From: Antedon mediterranea
Taxonomy: Eukaryota > Animalia > Echinodermata
Length of the DNA: 64,000 nucleotides
Assembly: GCF_964355755.1 (NCBI RefSeq)
Contig: NC_092679.1
Coordinates: 12,073,432-12,137,431, forward strand
Reading direction: 5' to 3'
Below the pieces are notes generated by a model that ran no database searches, was not told the origin of the DNA, and saw only the letters and a program-made list of their open reading frames with translations. How positions within the stretch are numbered: position 1 is the first letter of the stretch; every line of letters begins with the position of its first letter. Of the stretch, positions 53,780-64,000 are shown one piece after another. Position numbers and translations under genes: made by a program.

Positions 53780-56168
53780 ATACATTGTTGTTAGAATGTA
53801 ATATGTAAGATGTAAATAAGGCACAGTACCTTTAAGTTGTAGTGTTTCTTACATTCCCTGGGCCAAGTGTGGTCTTAAATGGCAGTGAAAATAGATTCAG
53901 CTATACTAATTTAGTCTTCCTCAAATGACACTAATTGAAGCTTTAGAGATGTTCATATCTCTTTTTTAAGGTGCTCGACTACATAAATTTGTCAGTACAC
54001 CAAACGATTGGTTCATAAACAAATAGTATAGGCTTCCTATTACCATGTAATTCAATCACACTGATGACTTGTGTCCTTTTATTCCTGTCATGGTATGATC
54101 ATTCTAATTAATGAACTTCATTTATACAGCAGAAAAGCATTGTAATCAATCATTTCAACTTTAAAATGTTGTCCTGCCTTTTGGCACATTTATATTTGTA
54201 ATGTTTAATATCTGATTCTCCTCTCTATACCCTTAATTCTCTTTCCTAATCATTGCATTGAATTAATATTAAGCGAAATGACTATGGTCAATGCTTCCTC
54301 GATTCCATGCCAAAACAGCTGAATACAGGCAACATGTTTAACACATTTGGCACTTAAATTTCTTCAGTTCTTTTCCACTTAGTGCTGTTATTCTGTGCGC
54401 GTCTGGAGTATATCTCTTTATAGATTGCTATCGCCCTTCCATAGAATGGCATTATCAAGTATTTTCCAGAAATTTGGAGGTCATTGCAGAATTGATGCTG
54501 CTGTTCTTTGTAATTTGACACGGAGTGATAGAGCTCTGCCATCATTTGGTATTTCATGAGCATTGCAGCTTGAACTTTTACCTGGTAATTCGCTGTTTGA
54601 CACAATGACATAGCATTTCTATAATAGCTAAAAATATGTGTATTGCTTTACTTACTTTGGAGAGACTGGAAACAATTATCATTATCGTCACATTGTTCTG
54701 ACACCCCAAACTGCTTGTTGTCATTTGGTTTTTTTTAATCCCCAACAACTTCGGCATATTGAAACTTTTATTCAAGGAATTGTTGAACATTTCTTGGCTG
54801 GCTGAATGATGATCATTGAAATCAATAGTACAATTGTGCTTGTAGAATCCAAAACAACTCTGCTTTCTTGATACCTTAGATGAAGACCACTGTGACACAG
54901 TTTACTGCTTTAGAGATAGAACAGTGGAAGGATTGTTTACTTCAATTTTGACTCCTTTAGATTTTTCATGCTATGGTTCCGTCACACCAAGTTTTATAAT
55001 TGTAATGTAAAAGCTTTTTATAAACACACATCATTAAACAAAAACATAATTGTGAAAGTTTAATACTGATTATATTTATTATAATAATGTTGTTGTTAGC
55101 AGGCAACACATCAAACTGTTAAGAGCAATAGATAGCTGATCATACCTGATTAATGGTAGTTACATAAGTATCAATACTTTTATTCATACAAGACTGAGTA
55201 TTTAAAAACATATAGTATAAACATTAAAAATACACAAATTGATTTATAAATTGTTATTATAAACATTGCATGTGTGATCATCACATGAATATTACACTGG
55301 GAATTCAGTGCAGAGTGTGACGAAAGCTAGTTTATATTTAATTGACAATATCACTTTTATATTAGTATGATTTTTATTATTTTTGTATTTCATTAATTTT
55401 ACAATATTTATTTTTGAATACTATGTAATTGAATTCATGTAATTTCAAACTTAATTTAATGACTTTTTATATACTTATCTGTATATTTATTTTAAGGCTT
55501 CATATTATTTGATAAGACAAGAATAAATTGTTGAATTATATCATAATTTAGATTGGCGTACAGTACCTTAATTTTATATATCAGAAAGACAAACTTGTGA
55601 TAGACAAAAATACTAATGCTCTTGAATTATATGTATTAGAGTTCATGCCTAATTCCAACATCTAAACTACGTACTTTAAATTGGTTTTTTGCATTTACTG
55701 AATACAGTATATTATATATATTATATTTTTTGTACAGTTTATGTTATCTATAAAAGTGAATTTTCGAAATAAAGATGAAATGAAAAGAAATATAGTCACT
55801 GGTTACTAGTTTTTTTCACTATTGAATTTCCATTAATACAAATTTATTTCAATTTCAATGCACCAAACAGACAGTAAAACAAAATTATGTGAACACGTTT
55901 ATTAGTACCATACAGTAGATTCCGACTTAATGCTTACACAAACAGTGCTCATTTTTTTTTCAGAATATGATCATTTGACAGGAACGCAACACATTTGATT
56001 ATTAAATTTATATTAATTTATATATCAATCAAAGGCAAAGTACTTAAAAAATGACAATGCTGTGGGTATCATAAATATATATAAATATATTTTTACAGTA
56101 ACTTGATACAAAAAGTTGAAAACAAAATTGATTGATTTATTGATTGTTTATGACAAGTAATTAATCAA

Positions 56169-56430
56169 CAGTAGAACCTTTATTCAGAACCCACTAAAGT
56201 GTCCCCTGAATAGTGTTAAAATATACAGTAAACCCGCTCCTTTGGGGCACCCCCTGGTCCAAATCAGTTAGTGTCCATTTTGCTATAGCTTTTTGGTGTT
56301 TTTTTTTTGGTAGTGTCTACTCTTTTTCCATATTTTATGGTGCCAGCGGTGTTCTACTGTATTGGCCCCCCAAATTCCTTGAGGGGGAAATGTCCCTTTA
56401 ATATGAGATCCACCAAGGGGATTCTATTGT
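56169..56430. mobile_element. Degenerate Tc1/mariner-like MITE
   Basis: cagtagaacc...ggattctattg|ta with internal ggggcacc/tgtccc motifs. Confidence 0.45.
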
Positions 56431-57031
56431 ATACATTCTTGGAAAAATATATGAAAATATGATTATTTTTTTTAAGTTTGAAAAATGTTTCTACATAAGG
56501 GGAAAAAGTTTTGTCTTATTGGGTGTAAAAATTATAATAAATCTATACCAAAAATATTTGATTGGTTGACAGAATGGTTATAAAAAGTGTAAAATGATTC
56601 AAGGGAGCTCACAAAGGTTCTCTTAAAAGTAACAGAGTATTTACAAAAATATTTCTCATTTTATTTACAACAGTATTGCAAAGCAAAAATATGTAAAGCT
56701 AAACAATCTATAAAGCAAGAAACAATAAGCTAAATTAAAAATGTATCTCAACAATTATCACAATACAAAACATCAAAATATAAAAAGAAACAATAGGAAA
56801 ACAGAAGAAATTAAAATGTGTAAATGTACCTCAACAAATCACAAATCCTATCCTAAGTTTCTAGAATAAAACAACAAATATGAACATAATATAGAATGTT
56901 GCATGTAAAACCTGTTTTTGTTTAAATGGTTGAGTTGCGTTCAAATTCAAACATTGGCAGCGATTTGAAGACTCAACGACACTTGGCACAATTCAACGTG
57001 GACAGTAAAACAGGCTTTACAGCACATACAA

Positions 57032-60000
57032 TCAAACATTTGTGGCACTAGGATCATAAAATGAAGCTGAAAAGGGGATACTAACAGTACCCTGTAAGTT
57101 ACCAGATATATCATTGACTCCAGAGTCGTTACTTGGACATCCCTCTCCAAATGAAGAACTGCTTCGTGAAGTAAGTTGTCGTAGTGAATTCAGTGCAGAC
57201 ATCTGGTATTCATTGTCGCTGACAGGATCCACAGTAGGCGAGACATCTGACATAGAGATTATGCTAATGTCGGGATTCGGTTTGTCGTCAATATTGGTCT
57301 TTTTTGCCAATATTTGTCGCTTTTTATCAGCTGATATTTTGTTCATGTGAAAGAACCAGTCTGGATCTGAATGAACTTTCTTCATCTCTTCAATGGCCTT
57401 CTTCAGTTCAACACCTGCATCACTATATGTATCCCACTCCTGTAGTGCTTTGCAATAGTGATCTTGTGTTGCATTGTATTTCTCCAGGTCATTGACACGA
57501 TAGAACATTTTTTCTACATGATCCATCAACCGATACTTTGGTAAAAACCTTAATGGTTGCGGTATGTGTTCTTCAGACGAATAGCTCATGTACGACACAA
57601 TGAATTTCTGTGAGTTTTTCAGAAATTCAGGTGTTTGAAGCCGCATGAACGGTAAAAATAAATCCCCCATATTATCCTCGCAAACATCAATTTCTATTTG
57701 CCGGGACATGGCCCTCCATTTAATTTGAGTTCCTTGAGAGCACAATATGATAACTTTATCAGCTTCTTCGCATTCTCGGTTCATCCATTCATTTACTCCG
57801 ATGCCAATTTCATTGGAACTCCAAAGGGCAGTGCGCACATTTAACTTGCAGAGGTTTTTAAGAAACACACAGAGTTTCAGAACGACCTCATTGTGATATT
57901 CATGATCATAGGAGTGGATTAAAAACACGCGTCTCATATAAATTTCTGTAAGATAAGAAATTTCAATGTTTTGGTTTTTTTTAATTTAATGAAGGGTTTT
58001 ACTATAATAGCTATTTTTATTTATAACAAACTAAAATGTGATCAATATCATGCTTTCACTATCTATTAATTTTATCTGGAACCAAATGATTGATTTACAT
58101 GGGTAACATTTATTTTTTCTTGTAGTGAATGTTTACGAGGTGAACGGTGAGAATATTTCATTCATTAAAAGATTGACTCAGCTCTGCCTTGTTAAATAGA
58201 GCAGTCAATCTTTCAAGTAATGAAATATTCTCCCCACACAACAAATGCAAAACATTCATTATTATATATTATTATACACACCTACAAATTAATCGGATGC
58301 TAAGATCTTAAACATTATTGTCGATTTCACGCAACATGGTGATTTAAGTATGTACATGGCCACAGATAATCAATGGAGCATGAAGCTTCTGTGCCTGCAC
58401 CGAAAAACCATGTTTACCATTCACAAATCGCAGTTTTATAGCATTGAACTTTTCATTTTTGTAATCACAACATTGACACATTGTATAATGTTGTGACATT
58501 TCAATTTACATTAGAACTGTTATCATATGTAAGAAAAAAGTTTTTTTTTAATTCTAAAATGGGAGGAAAGATCTAAGCCATCATTTAAAAAGGCAGCACA
58601 TTTTGGACACAAAGTAGATCAATTGTAGATGCCACACATTACTACAAGTTGATTTTTGGAAGTTCATCATACAGTAACAAAATGCTGAAAGTACTTTAGT
58701 GCCGTTTTAATTATCAATTTTAGATTTCATCTTTCTGTTCAATAGAGCTAATACCGAATGACTTGGGATAAATATTTAACCAATGGCAAGGATAAAATGA
58801 GGTGTATCATAATTATTATAGTAATCGTAATTTCAGTCTAAATTAAGGCTCAATTGTATAATACGGTATCTATGTTTACAACAAAGACCAGACTGGAAAT
58901 AACATCAGCAGACTACTTTTGCAAAACATAGTTGTAAGAATTCTATTGTAATTTCTTTTCTTTTTTCTAACAAAAAAATAATGATATGTTATTTCTCATT
59001 TCCAGATTACATATAACAAAGTTATCTTTTCAAACATGTTTAAAAACATTGGGTAAAAAGACACTACTCTACTAGAAATTGCAAAGTGCAAGTGAGTGCT
59101 GGCATAACATAGTTTTGATGACGCTGCAGGCTCTCTAAAGACACAAACCGAATGTCTATATTACAACGTCTCTCATTGGATAACAAAAGACCTCCCACGG
59201 ATGGATACAGTGGTACAATCGCCACCTGCAATAATTGATTTTACCGACAGAAAGTTAAAGCCGTAAACTTAGCCTCGGTCATATTAGGCAAATTTTTTTG
59301 TAGACAAAACATGACCTTTTGGATTTGACAAGCAATGATGCGTAATGGGTGGTGGAATTTAAATAATAAAAAAAAAATAAAGAAGAAAATATGAATAACT
59401 TCTACGCAGTAATTAAGTTTTTAAAACTTTGTAATTCGACAAAATTGATGAATGATTAAATTACCTTCGTTTTGCCCTTTATTATCTGTAATTAAAAAAA
59501 TATTGATATTATATTAGTTTAAAGCAAATTTGATTTATCAACAGGATACTACAAATCAAATACGAAAGTAAAATAGTGGTTTTTTATTTGGCAGAGGTAT
59601 CAACTTTAAAAAGCAAAATATATTGGGGAAATTTAGCAAAAATTGTAAAAACACTTTAAAACTATAGAGTGCACTTTTAAAACAATCTTAAGCATCAGCA
59701 TCTATCATGAACAATGGCTAGTCGGTTTATTTATTAATTATTATATGTACATTTTTTTTATCAAAAATATTCAAGAGAAGTTGCACCTTAAGTTGACACA
59801 AAATATTGGTAAACATCAACGATTATTGGGAGTTTTTGGAGGTCTGAGGTATAAAGTTAAACAATTAGATGGATAACCTCATTAAATCTAGCTTCTTCGG
59901 AATTCAATGTTTTTACATTGTTTTAGAGAAGAGTAACTATTAATAACTGAATCAACTTCCCACTGTAGTACGACATACAGTAACTTAGAAAAGAATGCAG

Positions 60001-63000
60001 AAGCCTACATTGTACATTATGTAAGTATGTTTATATTTTTTCCCAAGTACATTTAATTTTCAGGTTTTCAGAAAATACAGGACAGAAAAATCATTTAAAA
60101 TAAAGCAGATAACCACTTGCCATGTTGAATAATATATACATATTGTTATGTCATTTAAACTGGTAACAGAGACATCCAAATGCCTACTGTTTCCTACTCT
60201 TTATGCAGTGTTTTTTAATGTTGCTACAATCAAGCAAACAAATTAGGAAACTTTCCGACCTAATCTATATATATTGTGCACATGCAGGGGTGATGCAACA
60301 TGCTTTCTCGCTCCCCACCTTCACAGAGTTTTGTTTATAATACATTCAAAATCAATTTCTACCTACCGTATATTGTTTTTTCGTCATTATCTGAAAATTA
60401 AAGTATTTTACATAATAAGTTTAATTTGATTTTTTTTCAACATAATTATGTCAAATATTAATTTTAATATTAACATTAGCAATGGGAACAAACAAATTTA
60501 TATATCTTGTGTACAGTAAATATATATACATCTTGCTTTAAATTTCTACTGAACTATTATGGTAAATCAGATCATCTAAAGTGCTGAATTGTCTGAATAT
60601 ATCTGAAAAGGTCCTGTCCAGTCATGAATGATTGATTGATTAAATTATTACTACCTGTACAATAGTTATTATTACTACAGGACTAGGACAGTAGTAAAAA
60701 AAAGTGTATCATCCCACTATCCTAAATAATTGTAAAAGTCTTCATAAACTAAACATTGTGTTCTTTTCTTTCAATTGAAGGATGAAATGTTTTGCATGTT
60801 TAAATTTTTAATTTTGAAGTGTTTTTTGTATGTGTATGGAATCTTACCTTTATTTTTGCATACTAGCCATACAACAATTATGATGGCAATAAGTCCAATC
60901 AAGCTACCAATCACAGCAGGAATAACATAATCTTTAAATAAATATTTAAATTACAAATTACCATAGCAAACAACATAAATAAATACTAGAAATTGCGAAG
61001 TGCAAGTGAAAGCTGTGAGCAGATCTATAGTCAAGCCTACAGAAATAATTGATTATTAACCAATTATTTTTTAAGCGATTATTTTTGGATGATGGATGAC
61101 ATGATTTTTAAAAAGTGATTACCAGATAACATTTTCAGTTGCAACACAGTCAATTCTGTGATTTGTGTAGGGACTTGTTAAACAACTCCCTGATTTGTGG
61201 TACTTAGGAAAAATAGATTATTTTTATTTTTTCAGCAGAAACAGACCCTAAGACTACCTTTACCAACAAATGCTTTGTAATAATTATAGTAGTTTCCCTA
61301 AAAAAAACAACAAATCTTAAACATTTATAAATTTGACAGTTATAAACAAATTCTAAACCGCACAGAGACTGAAAATTATTTTTTACAAAATGGTTATATT
61401 TTCTTCGTCAGGTTTAATGAGTGAACTTTAGAGAGAGAATTTTAAAATGTCCAGAAAAGTCAGTGAAATGAAAGTAAGGTGAGTTGCGTTTAGTTGCTAA
61501 GAGCGCTTATGTCGATACAGTTAAGTTGAATGATTTACATAGAACTGTGTGTCGACATAAAATATCTTGATACCAAAAAATGCTTTGTAAATTATAGTAG
61601 TTTACTTTACCATTTGGTTCACCATCTAGTTTCTCTAAAAATAAAAAAAAAATAAATCTTAAAAAACATTTATAAATTTGACAGATATAAACAAATTATA
61701 AACGACACAGTGAATGAAAATGAATTTTCACAAAATAAAATGCAGTGTATTTTGTAGTATTCCAATATAATATTTTACAAGGTTTTTCTAAATAGACAAA
61801 ATTAATTTTGGCATAAATTTCATTACGTATTTGCTTGTATATTCTTTTATTCTCATTACAATGTTGGCCTATACATTCATGTTTTATCCTTTGCAGTTCC
61901 GTGTATTTGTTTAATGTTAACCATTTGAAGACATGGCCCATATCCCATACAGGGTAATTTACTGTCCAAGGACGCAGGCCCGTAATTGCAGAAAGATACA
62001 TTTACAAAAATGTATTTTGCATTTTTCCTAAACCTATTAAAAATACCTTATTTAGCTTCAGTCACTTGGGGTAGAAACCTTGCGTATTCAAAGGGTTAAT
62101 GCACAATGCAGTGTATTCTGTAGTATTCCAAAATACTAAATGTAACTTTAGGCCTACCTGAGCATATTCCATTATCAATCTCAAAGCCATCTTCACAGGA
62201 ACAAACAGGCTCACCATCTTCAACAACGTTACATAGCATATTGTCTCCTCCACAAGGGTCTGGAACATTTTCACAAGGGCGTTCTTCAAATCAAACCAAT
62301 ATTTATAAAGATAGAATTATTAAAATTTCATTTAGCATAATAAGCATTGTACAAATCATTATCTACTATAACACACCTGATTGTATCTTGCTATTTGATT
62401 GGTTAACATTACGTGACATTCATTATTTGTACTAAGATGAACATTACTAATAAACATTCAACTTTTTATACATTTTTGGAAACACGCAAGGTTGTTGACT
62501 GATTCCTGTTTGAAAATCAACCTTAAATGTGCGCTGGTACAGTTGAACCTCTGTGAGTGGCCACCTCCTTTACAGCCTCACTTTCAAAAGCCTATTTGTT
62601 CTTCCCATCTAATTAGTGCATTTTGTACCTCCCGTAAGCGTTTCTCCTACCCTAAGCGGCCACTTTTTTAAAAAAATTATTCACATTTTTTTGTATGATA
62701 AATTACCTCCCGTAAGTGGCCACCCAAAAAATTTACGATTTGCGATTTTACTAAAAATTTCTGTGAAGAACATTCCTGTGTTTTTTAGATGATGAGAAAA
62801 CTAACTGACTATTTTTATGTGATAAAAGTATTTAAAATTTGTCTGAAAATCATAAATAATACTAAACCACCGGATTATAAACAATAAAATACAATTAGCT
62901 GGAGAATTTAGAGGCCATTTCCATAGTCAATACATGATTTTGGCTCTCTATTGGCAGAACCTCCTGTAAACGGTCACCTCTCGTAAGCGGCCACTTTTCC

Positions 63001-63937
63001 CGGTCCTGAAGGTGGCCGCTTACGGGAGATTCAACTGTATAACTGTTGGAGCGCTGACTTTTGAATGCCTAGCTGTCATGCTCTACCTGCTTGTTCTATA
63101 CTTTTTCATCATACACTAAACTCCCCTACTCTCCTCCAGACTCTTTTCCAACATACTCTATATATACTCTTCCATCATACTCTATACACTTCCATCATAC
63201 TCTATACACTTACATCATGCTCTATACACTTCCAACATCCTCTATACACTTCCATCATACTCTATACACTTCCATCATACTCTATACACTTCCATCATGC
63301 TCTATACACTTCCATCATACTCTATACACTTACATCATGCTCTATACACTTCCAACATACTCTATACACTTCCATCATACTCTATACACTTACATCATGC
63401 TCTATACACTTCCAACATCCTCTATACACTTCCATCATACTCTATACACTTCCATCATGCTCTATACACTTCCATCATACTCTATACACTTACATCATGC
63501 TCTATACACTTCCATCATACTCTATACACTTCCATCATACTCTATACACTTACATCATGCTCTATACACTTCCATCATACTCTATACACTTACATCATGC
63601 TCTATACACTTCCATTATGCTCTATTCTCTTCCATCATACTCTATACACTTCCATCATGCTCTATACACTTCCATCATGCTCTATACTCTTCCATCATGC
63701 TCTATACTCTATGTAACTCTTCTATCATATGCCCTATAGACCATGTTTCACTATGCTTTATACTCATCTTTTATACTTATTCTCTTCTGTTTGCCCTAAA
63801 TGGTATATACAGTAATACTCTTAATATAAATGATGAACCTGTGTACCTTTAACATAAACATCACTTCTTTTTATCGTACAGTCAACCGCATGATTTGTTG
63901 AACACTTTTGTCCATTAGAGGTTGGTCGTGGTTGCAA
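57032..63937 (-). CDS. Interleukin-17 receptor-like SEFIR-domain type I membrane protein (5' part lies beyond the window)
   Basis: Exons: 63937-63847 (LQPRPTSNGQKCSTNHAVDCTIKRSDVYVK, like the end of the IL17R second FnIII-like domain); 62283-62158 (EGF-like, 6 Cys); 61634-61611; 60931-60848 (TM YVIPAVIGSLIGLIAIIIVVWLVC); 60390-60367; 59485-59465; 57945-57032 (SEFIR RRVFLIHSYDHEYHNEVVLKLCVFL...ADKVIILCS...DLF, extension YRLMD...DLE...PDWF). All junctions are phase 1 and GT-AG. Confidence 0.85.
58120..58265. repeat. Short palindromic interspersed element (Crypton-like non-autonomous, tentative)
   Basis: gagaatatttcatt...aagattgact...agtcaatctt...aatgaaatattctc hairpin with flanking tgaatgttt/aaacattca. 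Confidence 0.4.
61921..62095. mobile_element. Degenerate piggyBac-like MITE
   Basis: TTAA|ccatttgaa...ttcaaaggg|TTAA. Confidence 0.5.
62540..63037. mobile_element. Tc1/mariner (pogo-like) MITE
   Basis: TA|cagttgaacctc...gagattcaactg|TA with repeated cctcccgtaagcggccac subterminal motifs. Confidence 0.8.
63150..63710. repeat. 20-bp minisatellite, about 28 copies, intronic
   Basis: Unit tctatacacttccatcatac with variants; explains the spurious repeat ORFs in three frames. Confidence 0.97.
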
Positions 63938-64000
63938 CTTTATGTAAAAATAAAAAAAGATATTATTTATTTTTTTTAAATTGCTCAATATTGTAAAATA

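Noticed and set aside
54354-54898. Two adjacent minus-strand ORFs with coding-like composition
   Set aside because: No recognisable motif or splice structure; may be a decayed TE or gene, but unsupported without a BLASTX search.
63065-63852. His/Tyr-rich ORFs of 139-253 aa
   Set aside because: Translations of the stop-free 20-bp minisatellite inside an intron.

Overview
AT-rich animal genomic DNA with spliceosomal introns, probably an invertebrate; no prokaryotic features. Main contents: (1) a complete 19-exon ARID4A/B-family gene on the minus strand (17536-35154, about 1349 aa, exon phases checked by hand); (2) the 3' part of an IL-17-receptor-like SEFIR gene on the minus strand (57032 to beyond 63937), with an unexpected EGF-like exon and three microexons; (3) an apparently young, intact 7.3-kb AcademX-type DNA transposon (45509-52790) with one 1550-aa DDE-transposase + XPG/FEN1-like nuclease ORF and long TIRs built from 289-bp tandem units. 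It sits without a TSD inside a decayed Sola1-like transposase, next to a Gypsy gag/protease relic; (4) many MITEs, Helentron-type non-autonomous elements, tRNA-derived SINEs and minisatellites; (5) a probable non-coding first exon at about 13.2 kb of another minus-strand gene whose intron fills most of 1-13 kb. All family assignments come from motif recognition by eye; no database searches were run.
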